From contig JACQXR010000004.1 of assembly GCA_016208585.1 (NCBI GenBank), forward strand, positions 1 to 57,698: a stretch of DNA of 57,698 nt. Direction: 5' to 3'. This DNA is from a candidate division TA06 bacterium (GTDB lineage: Bacteria; Edwardsbacteria; AC1; EtOH8). Below, piece after piece: positions 20,730-29,931 of this stretch. Positions within the stretch are counted from its first letter, which is position 1; each line of letters begins with the position of its first letter. Made by a program: the position numbers and the translations under genes. The notes beneath the pieces were generated by a model. It made no database searches and was not told the origin of the DNA. It saw only the letters and a program-made list of their open reading frames with translations.

Positions 20730-20752
20730 ACCGTGCTATAAAGGATATAACC

Positions 20753-22369
20753 ATGCCCACTCTCCAATTCAAAGGCAAAAACATAATCTGGAACCACCAC
20801 CTTACGATACCCTACCACACGCTGGAAGAAGTGACCAAGTTGGACTTTCAAGCGAAGAAGGGCGAGGGCACTTCGACCCTGCTCAGTGCAGGTAATCTTA
20901 TTATTGAAGGCGACAACCTGCTGGCCTTAAAAGCTTTGTTGCCGCAGTACCAGGGTAAGATAAAGTGCATTTACATTGACCCGCCGTATAATACCGGCAA
21001 TGAAGGCTGGATATATAACGATAAAGTAAACAGCCCTCTTATAAAGGAATGGCTGGGCAAGGAAGTGGGCAAAGAAGATATGACCCGTCATGATAAGTGG
21101 CTTTGCATGATGGTGCCAAGGCTGCGTCTTTTAAGAGATTTGCTTGATGATGATGGTGTTATTTGTATTAGCATAGATGATCTTGAACTTGGCAGTTTAC
21201 TTAGAATTATGGATGAGATATATGGTGAGCAAAACAAAGAAGAGGTAATTTGCTGGCGGCGTAGACACAATCAACCAAACGATAAAAGCAAAGCAATTGG
21301 AAAAGTTGCAGAATTTATAGTAATTTACGCTAAGAATCTAAATACACTGAAATCCAAAGGTACATTTAATGGTTTAGCCTTAAGTGGTGATTTTTCGAAT
21401 CCGGATCATGATCCAAAAGGTGATTGGGCCTCTAAACCATGGAAATCTGGTTCAGGGCAGACAGGCACTAAGTATAAAATAGTAACACCAACGGGCAAGA
21501 TATTGTCGGAGGAGTGGTTAGGTACAGAAGATACTTTTAAAGCCTACTTGGCTGAGGGTAGAATATATTGGCCTAAAAATGGTGATGGTCTACCAAGGAA
21601 GAAGTATTATAAATTTGAAAGAGAAATTGAGGGACAGTGCGCACATAATTTTTGGGGTCATGAAGAATTCGGTTCAAATCAAGAAGCCTCTGATGAGATA
21701 GCATCCTTAAAAATTGAATTTGATAATCCCAAGCCAACAAAGTTAATAAAATCATTGCTTCAAATATTTACAATAAAAGATTCCATTATACTCGATTCAT
21801 TCGCTGGGTCCGGTACTACCATGCATGCACTGTTTGATCTAAACAAGGATATCGGTAGCAAACGTAAGTGCATCATGGTGCAAATGACCGAGGCCTCAAA
21901 ACAGGAACCTGATAAGAACATATGCAAGGACATAACTCGTGAACGTGTAAAACGGGCCATAGAGAAATACGAATACGAAAGCGGTTTTAAATACCTTCGG
22001 GTGGGCGATCCCATTGACCCCGAAAGCTTACTTTCCGGCGTTCTGCCCACATACAAGCAATTTGCCAAGTACGTCTATTACCTTTGCACCGGCGAATATC
22101 TAAAGGATGAAAGCAAAATAGACGAAAAAACCTACTTCGTGGGTTTGCACAAACAACAGGCGATTTATCTTGTTTACAAAAAAGACTATGATGAATTGAC
22201 CAGACTGGCATTGAATCTACCGTTGGCGGAAAGCATACTAAAAGCCCGCAAGGGTAAAAAGTGCATCGTCTATGCCCCGGCTTGTTTTTTGGATGAGGAT
22301 TACCTGCAAGAAAAGAACATAGATTTTGTAGGCATACCGTATAATTTATTCAGGAGAAACAGCCAATGA
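20753..22369 (+). CDS. mod: Type III restriction-modification methyltransferase (Mod), beta-class N6A/N4C amino-MTase
   Basis: LIIEGDNLLALKALLPQYQGKIKCIYIDPPYNTGN (motif IV) precedes ILDSFAGSGTTMHA (motif I). A variable middle region lies between them. It is followed by a Res helicase-nuclease. Confidence 0.85.
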   Translation: MPTLQFKGKNIIWNHHLTIPYHTLEEVTKLDFQAKKGEGTSTLLSAGNLIIEGDNLLALKALLPQYQGKIKCIYIDPPYNTGNEGWIYNDKVNSPLIKEWLGKEVGKEDMTRHDKWLCMMVPRLRLLRDLLDDDGVICISIDDLELGSLLRIMDEIYGEQNKEEVICWRRRHNQPNDKSKAIGKVAEFIVIYAKNLNTLKSKGTFNGLALSGDFSNPDHDPKGDWASKPWKSGSGQTGTKYKIVTPTGKILSEEWLGTEDTFKAYLAEGRIYWPKNGDGLPRKKYYKFEREIEGQCAHNFWGHEEFGSNQEASDEIASLKIEFDNPKPTKLIKSLLQIFTIKDSIILDSFAGSGTTMHALFDLNKDIGSKRKCIMVQMTEASKQEPDKNICKDITRERVKRAIEKYEYESGFKYLRVGDPIDPESLLSGVLPTYKQFAKYVYYLCTGEYLKDESKIDEKTYFVGLHKQQAIYLVYKKDYDELTRLALNLPLAESILKARKGKKCIVYAPACFLDEDYLQEKNIDFVGIPYNLFRRNSQ

Positions 22370-22659
22370 AAACGATGGCTGAAATCAAGGAAACGCTGTC
22401 CAAGCTTAAAGACGAAATCCACCGCCGCTATGGCGTCAGCCGGCTGGAGATATTCGGCTCATATGCGCGCGGCGAACAGCGGGTGGATAGCGATTTGGAC
22501 GTGCTGGTGGAGTTTGACCGCGAGGTGTCGCTCTTTGACGTCGCCGGACTCCAGATTTATCTTTCCGAGCAGCTTGGGGCGAAGGCGGACGTCGTGCTCC
22601 GGCGCAGCGTAAGAAAAGAACTCAAGGACATCATCTTCGCCGAGGCGGTGCCGGTATGA
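22366..22659 (+). CDS. mntA: MntA-type minimal nucleotidyltransferase (type VII TA antitoxin)
   Basis: GSYARGEQRVDSDLDVLVEF matches GSxxRGxxxxxSDxDxxV. The protein is 97 aa. ATGA overlaps on both sides. Confidence 0.85.
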   Translation: MKTMAEIKETLSKLKDEIHRRYGVSRLEIFGSYARGEQRVDSDLDVLVEFDREVSLFDVAGLQIYLSEQLGAKADVVLRRSVRKELKDIIFAEAVPV

Positions 22660-23000
22660 AGCGCCGGTCGAAATTATTCGTCAGCGATATACTGGAAAAC
22701 ATGCGTCTCGCGGAAAACATCGTAGCCGATATCGATTTTGAAACCTTCGTTTTGCTCCAAGAAAAGCACTATACGGTGATCCGTTGCATCGAGATCATCG
22801 GGGAAGCGGTAAAAAACCTACCGCCAGAGCTTAGGCGGAAATATCCCGATATCCCCTGGAAAGAAATGGCGGGAATGCGGGACACGGTCATCCATTTTTA
22901 CATGGGAGTGGATTACGGAATTGTTTGGAATACCATCAAGAACGAGTACCCTGTTGTGCGTCCCCGGATTGAAAGGATTTTCGGCGAGTTGGAAGAATAG
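22656..23000 (+). CDS. hepT: HepT-type HEPN (DUF86) toxin
   Basis: The protein is 114 aa. The Rx4H HEPN motif appears in MAGMRDTVIHFYMGVDYGIVWNTI. It is paired with the upstream MNT. Confidence 0.85.
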   Translation: MKRRSKLFVSDILENMRLAENIVADIDFETFVLLQEKHYTVIRCIEIIGEAVKNLPPELRRKYPDIPWKEMAGMRDTVIHFYMGVDYGIVWNTIKNEYPVVRPRIERIFGELEE

Positions 23001-23003
23001 GTT

Positions 23004-25523
23004 ATGTTTCTGAAGAATTACCAACATAAAGTCGTTCTCGTCTTGCAGCAATTTTACCGGGCTGCGCGGGAAACGAAGAACAGTTACAATACCGCGCGCC
23101 AGGCCCTGCCGGAAAATATGCGGAACACTCTTAATTGGGTGGAGCCGGTATTTGCCGGTGCAGGCAAAGAATATCGGGACAAATGCAAAAACGGGCTTAA
23201 CGAATGGTATCCCCGCCTAGTCATGAAGGTCCCCACCGGCGGGGGTAAGACGCTGTTGGCGGTTGAGGCCATCCGCGAATATCAAAATTTGTTTGCCCAA
23301 AAACGAACCGGCCTGGTAGTTTGGATAGTACCCACGGAAACCATCTACACCCAAACCGTAAAGAAACTGCGCGATAAAAGCAATGTGCTGCGGCAATTGC
23401 TTGACCAGTGCAGCGGCAACCGCACGGTTATTTTGGAAAAGGGCCAGCGTCTAACCACCCAGGACATCGAAGAAAACTTAGTCATACTTTTCGTGATGAT
23501 CCAGTCCATCAGCCGCCATAACGGCAAGGAGGCTTTAAAGGTATTTCAGGATTCCGGCGGTTATGAGAGTTTTTTCCCGCAGGACAATCGGTATGACCTG
23601 CACGCTGAATTACTGAAAGCATACCCCAATATGGATTTGCTTTCGGAAATAGGGCCTTTAATCAAAACCAGCCTGGGGAACGCCATCAGGGTTTCCAAGC
23701 CATTCATAATCATTGACGAGATACACAAGGTATTTTCCGATATGGCGCGGGGTACCATAGACAACCTTAACCCCGAAATGATCCTTGGGCTTTCCGCCAC
23801 GCCCAAAGCCGAGATGAATACCTTCGTGTCAATTACCGGTTTGGAGTTGAAGGACGAGGAGATGGTCAAGCTGGACATGCACATCCTGCCCCCGGCCAGC
23901 CGTCAAAGCAACGACTGGAAGGCGATGGTTAAGGAGATCAAAACCCACCGGGAAAAATTAGAGAAAAAAGCCAGGGATTTTCACGGGTCAAGGGGCCTAT
24001 ATATCCGGCCCATTGCCTTGATACAAGTGGAGGCCACGGGCCACGACCAGCGCGGTAAGGGCAGGGTGCACAGCCAGGATGTGCGTGAATACCTGATGGA
24101 TTTGGAAGTAAATCAGGATGAAATCGCCATCAAAACCGCCGCCCAAAATGACATCGAGGATGTCAACCTGTTCGCCTCGGATTGCCCGGTGCGGTATATA
24201 ATCACCAAAGAAGCCTTGCGCGAGGGCTGGGATTGTTCCTTTGCCTATGTCCTGGGCATTATACCCAACGTTAATTCGGATACCGGTATTACCCAGTTGG
24301 TGGGCAGGATAATGCGGCAACCCTATGCCCAAAAGATGGGCATCAAGGAACTGGACGAAAGTTATGTTTATTATTCCAGGGGCGATACCCGCCAAATGCT
24401 GGAACGGGTAGCGGCTGGATTCAGGAAAGAGGGGCTGGAAGACTTGGTAAACAGGATAAAGTTAAAAAACCGCGACGACATTAACCAGGAAAAAACGGTC
24501 AAGATAAAAAAGAAATTCAAAAAGTACGAATATGCTTTTTATTTGCCGGTGTGGGTGATGATAGGCGATAGGGATAAAAAACGGCGTTTTTCCTATGGCG
24601 CCGATATAAAGCAACAACTTGACCTTGCCCAATTAAAGATTGAAGACAAACAAATAAAAACCATTGACAGTAGTCTGAGCGAGGAAAATAAGGAACGGCA
24701 GTCTTTTGCAATAACCATCAATAGCCAAAGCCGGACGACATTCCGCGAAGAAACATCGTTGATTAATGAAGAAGAAAATGTCAACATTGACTACCTTACC
24801 CGCCGCTATGCAGAACTGATAGAGAATCCCTTCCATGCAAGAAAGACGGCAATGGCCCACATCGCCGTTTTGAGAAGTAGACTGGGCAATAAAAAGCTGG
24901 CAGAGCATTTCAGCCATATTGCCTCTATGCTGCACCGGATGTTGAATGACGAAAAAACAAGGCAGGAAGAAAAAATATTCCACAAATACTTGGACGACGA
25001 CAAATTAGTTCTGGCGGTTTCCAACGAAGGCGAGATAGGTTATCATATCCCGCAAACGGATTTTATGACTGTCAACCCGGTGCCCAGCGCTTACGATAAT
25101 TATTTATACGAAGATGCTGATATGAATACTATGAACGAGCTTGAGCGTAAGGTGGGCGATATACTTGACCGGCAGGAAAAGATTCTCTGGTGGTATAGAA
25201 ACAAGGCCAGCAATAATTGGTATGCCATCCAAGGCTGGCAACAATATAAAATACGGCCGGATTTTGTGGCCGCCAGGAAAAAGGGAAGCGACCAAATCGA
25301 ACTGCTTTATGTTCTCGAAAACAAAGGGGAGCATCTTGCCGGTAATGCCGATACCGTATACAAGAAGAACGTGCTTGATAAAATGACGGAGCAGCATCGC
25401 AACGGCAAAATCAAAAAATATCAGCAAACGGAGTTGGACTTGTTCACTATAAACGAAAAAGCAGAATTCTATTTGGTCGAGGAAAATCAGGAAGAAGCAG
25501 GAATAAAAACACTTTTTAAATGA
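23004..25523 (+). CDS. res: Type III restriction enzyme Res subunit (SF2 helicase plus C-terminal PD-(D/E)xK nuclease)
   Basis: Walker A VPTGGGKTLLA, DEAH-like IIIDEIHK, SATP and EALREGWDC. The C-terminal nuclease signature is IRPDFVAA..LLYVLENKGEHL. Confidence 0.85.
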   Translation: MFLKNYQHKVVLVLQQFYRAARETKNSYNTARQALPENMRNTLNWVEPVFAGAGKEYRDKCKNGLNEWYPRLVMKVPTGGGKTLLAVEAIREYQNLFAQKRTGLVVWIVPTETIYTQTVKKLRDKSNVLRQLLDQCSGNRTVILEKGQRLTTQDIEENLVILFVMIQSISRHNGKEALKVFQDSGGYESFFPQDNRYDLHAELLKAYPNMDLLSEIGPLIKTSLGNAIRVSKPFIIIDEIHKVFSDMARGTIDNLNPEMILGLSATPKAEMNTFVSITGLELKDEEMVKLDMHILPPASRQSNDWKAMVKEIKTHREKLEKKARDFHGSRGLYIRPIALIQVEATGHDQRGKGRVHSQDVREYLMDLEVNQDEIAIKTAAQNDIEDVNLFASDCPVRYIITKEALREGWDCSFAYVLGIIPNVNSDTGITQLVGRIMRQPYAQKMGIKELDESYVYYSRGDTRQMLERVAAGFRKEGLEDLVNRIKLKNRDDINQEKTVKIKKKFKKYEYAFYLPVWVMIGDRDKKRRFSYGADIKQQLDLAQLKIEDKQIKTIDSSLSEENKERQSFAITINSQSRTTFREETSLINEEENVNIDYLTRRYAELIENPFHARKTAMAHIAVLRSRLGNKKLAEHFSHIASMLHRMLNDEKTRQEEKIFHKYLDDDKLVLAVSNEGEIGYHIPQTDFMTVNPVPSAYDNYLYEDADMNTMNELERKVGDILDRQEKILWWYRNKASNNWYAIQGWQQYKIRPDFVAARKKGSDQIELLYVLENKGEHLAGNADTVYKKNVLDKMTEQHRNGKIKKYQQTELDLFTINEKAEFYLVEENQEEAGIKTLFK

Positions 25524-25541
25524 ACAAAAGTAATTGTTCAT
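25520..25541 (+). terminator. Weak AT-rich hairpin at the res stop codon
   Basis: atgaacaa (25520-25527) pairs with ttgttcat (25534-25541) across a 6-nt loop. A T-rich stretch follows. Confidence 0.3.
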
Positions 25542-25559
25542 CTGTTGGAATTTTGTTTT

Positions 25560-25829
25560 ATGTTAATAGATCATAGCCGTGAAAAATTATTGAATGCCGC
25601 AATTTATTTTGCAAAACACACAAAATATTGTGGCATGACAAAACTTATGAAACTTTTTGCCTTTTTGGATTTTATTCATTTTAGACAAACAGGCAGAAGC
25701 GTTACAGGGCTTGAATATTATGCATGGAAAAGAGGGCCGATACCTGCAAGCTTTTGGAGTGAATTAAAAGACCAAAAAGAACCGGATATAGTTTCGGATA
25801 AAATATCATGGCGAAAATACTTTGGATAG
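25560..25829 (+). pseudogene. Truncated Panacea (DUF4065, SocA-like) domain gene
   Basis: LLNAAIYFAKHTKYCGMTKLMKLFAFLDFIHFRQTGRSVTGLEYYAWKRGPIP matches the Panacea N-terminal core. The ORF ends after about 90 aa, exactly where the next gene's ATG overlaps it. Confidence 0.5.
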
Positions 25830-26253
25830 AGGATGGCGCATATGCGGATTTGCAGGAGCTTGTTGTCCCAATCTACATACAGGGACGGCATGATCTGACT
25901 ATTGCGTTGGACGCTTCGGAAGGATGTGGGCATTTATTGCAAACGCAGTTTGATGCTGTGATCGTGGGCAGGCGAATCCCGCCGGGGAATGATAGGGGCT
26001 GGATAGAATTATGCAACAAAAAAGAGAAAATAAAATAACTGCAAAATTGGGCCTTCAATTGCTCTATAAGAGTCCTTCAAAGTTTGAGTTTGATAAATTG
26101 ATAAAAGTGGAACGGATTCCTTCTTGGATTGATCCCATAAAATTCGGTTTATTCACGGTTGAAAGCAAAAACGACCATTTAAATGATATTATAAACGATG
26201 GTTGTTTTTTAAAGGGGAATGCTGATAAAGCATTCCCCCTTATTTTTACTTAG
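25808..26253 (+). pseudogene. Stand-alone receiver (REC)-like gene split by a frameshift in an A-rich run
   Basis: ORF 25808..26038 reads MAKILWIEDG..FDAVIVGRRIPPG. ORF 26011..26253 continues with GLQLL..KFGLFTVES..GCFLKG, which are beta4 and beta5-like elements. The frames switch around aacaaaaaagagaaaataaaataa (about 26014-26040). The phospho-acceptor Asp position appears lost. Confidence 0.35.
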
Positions 26254-26256
26254 CTA

Positions 26257-26286
26257 TTGACCCCAAAATGTATTTTATGGTAAAGT
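26257..26286 (+). promoter_or_regulatory. Promoter candidate for the 557-aa orphan gene
   Basis: TTGACC (26257-26262), an 18-nt spacer, then TAAAGT (26281-26286). Confidence 0.3.
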
Positions 26287-26318
26287 AAAACATAATAACA
26301 TACGGAATTCAGTAAGCT

Positions 26319-27992
26319 ATGCCCCCCAATCCCCCCCCAAAAAAAATAATGGTGATCATGCCAGACGGCAAGGTGATCAAACCTGCCGGCCGGCAGATAA
26401 TGGTGATTATGCCCGATGGCCGGATGATGGAGCCATCCATCGTCATGACCATTGACGACCTGCGGGACAAGCAGAAGACCGTGTTCCGGATGTTCGGGGG
26501 CAGCCCCCAGATGATAATGAGCGCCAAGGAAGCTTTGATGGTAGACATCTCCGAGGTCCTCAAGGAGACTTTCGGTGACAAGCTGGAGGTGATGGGACAA
26601 TACAAGACCGACATCCTGGTCTACTACGCCCCCAACGCCTTTTCCGGGGACAAACAACGGGCTATCACCGTGGCCAACCAGGTCTACGCCGACCGGCTGA
26701 AGCAACTGGAAGTGGAGCGGCGGGAGCACATGGCGGCCATTACCCGGTTAAAGACCCTGTACGAAAATGAAAAGGGAAAATCGGTGCAGTTCGCCGCCAT
26801 GGCCAACCAGTTCCGGCTGCAGACCATGTCGGACAATGAGAAGGAACAATTAGTGACCCGGGCCCGCAGCGAAGCCCTGGAGATGGTGGAGGAGGCGGTC
26901 AAGTCCATCGAGGCCGAGAAGGCCGACCTGGAGCGCACCCTGGAACAGCTGGCGCTGCAGCTTTCCGACACCATCACCATCGCCCAGCACTCCGAAGAGA
27001 TGGAACGCCTGAAGCAGGAATACGGCGAGGTCAACAAACGGGCCATGCTGGTGCGTCCAGCCGCTGATCTTGACGATTTGTCGCTGGAACAGCAGCAGGA
27101 ATACTCCCGGCACCTTCCCAAGCTGTGCGATCAGCAAGGCAACGAAAGGCTGTTTGATCTGGCCCAGGTACTCAAATTAAAGGGGGAGGAGCAGGGCTTA
27201 AGCGAAGGGAGCCATGTGCTGGTGCGCTACCAGCCGGGCGACGAGGTAAAATTCTTCATCGGCCGCCTGTTCTTCAACGACACCAAGGACTATGTCTGCC
27301 TGGGGCAGGGGTTCGAGATCACCTCCAGCGTCTACAAAGGCCAGGCCAAGGGCGAGATTCCAAGCGATGAGGAAGTGCTGGGGATCATCGGCAAGAATCC
27401 GCTTCACGTCCAGATCTACTTAGAAGCGGTCAGGAACTCCTCCATCCAGACGGTGCAGTTCTGGCTGCACGACCTTAGGGCCGGCCAGCTGCTGGAGATC
27501 CAGTCCATAGACCAGGCTATCGGAGACCTGCAGGAATCGCAGATGCACATCGCCCACCAGCGGACCTACGAGCAGGGGCCGGCCGAAGAAGAATGCCGGG
27601 CCGAGGAGTCCATCTTAGAACAGCAGGCCGAGGTAGACGAGGAGCTACAGGCCATCAAGCGCCTGATAGTGGGGCCCCTGGCCTCCAAATACGTGCCCGA
27701 CGAGATGGAATGGCGCAAAAAAATGTCGCTGGCCCGGGATAAGCTTCAGAAGGAGATGGCCCAGCGGGAACTAAAAAAGCTCAGGGGGAAAAAACAGAAA
27801 GAGGTCCAGGCCATCTACGAAAGGGTCAGCCGGCTTTTATTTGACGAGGAAATGGTGGGTAAGGCCAATGTCAACCTAAAAAAATATCCGCCCCAGATGA
27901 TAGCCCTGCGGGAAAAGATTAGCGACCGGATGGGGGAGCGGATCAAGCACGATGCCGGGCTGCTGAAAAAACTGCTGGCAGACATTGAATAG
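26319..27992 (+). CDS. Hypothetical coiled-coil-rich protein (557 aa)
   Basis: Long ORF with backbone-like composition. The N-terminus has a duplicated peptide, IMVIMPDGKVIKPAG / IMVIMPDGRMMEPS. It contains long E/K/Q/L-rich heptad-like stretches. No catalytic motif was recognised. Confidence 0.7.
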   Translation: MPPNPPPKKIMVIMPDGKVIKPAGRQIMVIMPDGRMMEPSIVMTIDDLRDKQKTVFRMFGGSPQMIMSAKEALMVDISEVLKETFGDKLEVMGQYKTDILVYYAPNAFSGDKQRAITVANQVYADRLKQLEVERREHMAAITRLKTLYENEKGKSVQFAAMANQFRLQTMSDNEKEQLVTRARSEALEMVEEAVKSIEAEKADLERTLEQLALQLSDTITIAQHSEEMERLKQEYGEVNKRAMLVRPAADLDDLSLEQQQEYSRHLPKLCDQQGNERLFDLAQVLKLKGEEQGLSEGSHVLVRYQPGDEVKFFIGRLFFNDTKDYVCLGQGFEITSSVYKGQAKGEIPSDEEVLGIIGKNPLHVQIYLEAVRNSSIQTVQFWLHDLRAGQLLEIQSIDQAIGDLQESQMHIAHQRTYEQGPAEEECRAEESILEQQAEVDEELQAIKRLIVGPLASKYVPDEMEWRKKMSLARDKLQKEMAQRELKKLRGKKQKEVQAIYERVSRLLFDEEMVGKANVNLKKYPPQMIALREKISDRMGERIKHDAGLLKKLLADIE

Positions 27993-28145
27993 GGTTTGGG
28001 TTTGCGCAGCACCCTGCCTTCGTCACCTCAGGAACTCACCCAACCCTCTCCTAAAGTTCGGCCTACGTAGCAGGCAGCACTAATAAATGCTACTACGGCA
28101 TCGGCAAGGTTTAAACAACCCTTGGCGGGTCAGTAGTGGGTAAAT

Positions 28146-29882
28146 ATGAAAAAGCAATTAACCATGACCGAAAGATTAAGCATAAGCGGCTGGTGGCTTT
28201 TAGCCGCCGTTTTTTTTATTTTCTCCACGGCCCGGGCCGGGGTGGTCATCAACGAGTTTTGCTATTACTTGGACCCGGCCGGCGACACCGGCAAGGAATG
28301 GGTAGAACTCTATAATCCCGATTCCATCGCCCAGGGTTTATCGGGCTATGATATTTACCCCGGCCGCTCGCCCCATTACATAATTCCCCAGGGCTTTGTG
28401 CTGCCGGGAAGATCTTTCGCGGTCTTGTATCTCCGGCTGGCCGGCGTCAATACCGTCTCAGATCTCTACGAAGGGACCGCGCCCACCGGCAACATGCCCA
28501 ACGTCAAGGGGTCGCTGGCAATATTTTCCGATTCCACCCGGGACAGCATCATCGATTTTGTGCAATATGGAGCGGCTGGGCAGACCTACGAAGCCACTGC
28601 GGGCAATGCCGGGATTTGGACCCGGGGGAATTTTGTGGATACTGTTACCTGCACCTGGTCGCTGGGCCTAGGCAGCGACGGAGTGGATAACGACACTTCC
28701 GCCGACTGGTCAAAATTTGCAAAGCCTACGCCGGGATACACCAACAGCCCGCAAGCTTACGATATCGCCCTGTCAACGCCATTCACCACGCCGCTGGAGA
28801 TTACGGCGGGAAACACTTTTACCGTTTCGGCGTTGGTGAAGAACCAGGGAACCAATACCGCCCGGAATGTCTCACTTACCTTTTACCAGGATGCCAACGG
28901 CGATTCAATTTGCCAGTCCGGGGAAACGGTTTTTCATCGGGAGCAATGGGATTCTTTAAGCAGCGAAAGGGTTTGCAGTTTTACCCATAATGCTCAGGCC
29001 GAGGGTGCTTATCAACTGATGGCCATGGTCCTTAGCGACAGCGAAAGCGTTTTGGAGAACAACCATCAGCTCTTTTCATACCTGGCCGGCAGTCCTCTGG
29101 TAATCAACGAAATCATGTACGATCCCTATGCCGGGATGCCGGAGTGGGTGGAGCTTTACAACCGTTCCGGCAGTGCCATTGACGTTTGGAACTGGACCTT
29201 GGAAGATGCCACGGTTTCGCCCCAGAACATTACCACCGTCCATCAAACCGTTTTTCCGGGCGCGTTTTTGCTGCTGGCTCAGGATACCATATATCTGGGC
29301 GGAACTTGTCCCAGGATTAAAGTCAATGGCTGGCCTTCGCTGAACAACGATGCCGACATCGTCTGTCTGCGGGATCAAAGGGGCGCGGCGGTGGACCGGG
29401 TGCAGTACCAGTCTTCCTGGGGCGGCGGGGACGGCAAGTCGCTGGAAAGGATCAATCCCTTTTTGCTGAGCCAGGATGCGGCCGGTTGGGACGGATGCGT
29501 GGTTTCAAGCGGTTCCACTCCCGGCGCCCAAAACAGCATCTATATTGAAAAACTGGAATCCTCGGCTAACTTAAGCATTTCTCCCAATCCCTTCTCCCCG
29601 GACGGCGACGGGTTCGAGGACCGAACCCTGATAAGCTTCGATCTCGCCTGGACCAGGGCGGTGGTCAACCTCAAGATCTTCGACCGGCTGGGACGGCCGG
29701 TGAAGACCCTGGCCGAACAAAGGGAGTTCGGTAACAGCGGCTCGCTGGTCTGGGACGGCCGGGACGGCGGGGGGCGGATCTGCCCGATAGGGGTTTACAT
29801 CGTCCTGCTGGAGGCCCGGGACGCCAACGGCTCGGGGTCGGTAAAGAAAAAGCAGACGCTGGTCCTGGCCCAAAAACTATGA
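28146..29882 (+). CDS. Secreted protein with two lamin-tail (LTD) domains, a CARDB-like middle and a FlgD-Ig/T9SS-like C-terminal domain
   Basis: Signal peptide. The LTD motifs are VVINEFCYYLDPAGDTGKEWVELYNP and LVINEIMYDPYAGMPEWVELYNRSGSAI. The C-terminus reads SPNPFSPDGDGFEDRTLISFDL..VNLKIFDRLGRPVKTL..WDGRDGGGRICPIGVYIV. Confidence 0.75.
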   Translation: MKKQLTMTERLSISGWWLLAAVFFIFSTARAGVVINEFCYYLDPAGDTGKEWVELYNPDSIAQGLSGYDIYPGRSPHYIIPQGFVLPGRSFAVLYLRLAGVNTVSDLYEGTAPTGNMPNVKGSLAIFSDSTRDSIIDFVQYGAAGQTYEATAGNAGIWTRGNFVDTVTCTWSLGLGSDGVDNDTSADWSKFAKPTPGYTNSPQAYDIALSTPFTTPLEITAGNTFTVSALVKNQGTNTARNVSLTFYQDANGDSICQSGETVFHREQWDSLSSERVCSFTHNAQAEGAYQLMAMVLSDSESVLENNHQLFSYLAGSPLVINEIMYDPYAGMPEWVELYNRSGSAIDVWNWTLEDATVSPQNITTVHQTVFPGAFLLLAQDTIYLGGTCPRIKVNGWPSLNNDADIVCLRDQRGAAVDRVQYQSSWGGGDGKSLERINPFLLSQDAAGWDGCVVSSGSTPGAQNSIYIEKLESSANLSISPNPFSPDGDGFEDRTLISFDLAWTRAVVNLKIFDRLGRPVKTLAEQREFGNSGSLVWDGRDGGGRICPIGVYIVLLEARDANGSGSVKKKQTLVLAQKL

Positions 29883-29931
29883 ACTTGTCCGTTCCTACGT
29901 TACTCCTTTAATACACTATTTTAGGTATAGC

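Noticed and set aside
27993-28145. A 153-nt intergenic region examined for a small RNA or riboswitch upstream of the LTD-domain gene
   Set aside because: There is only a 6-bp stem (gtagca/tgctac) with a 15-nt loop and no recognisable riboswitch consensus. The evidence is insufficient.
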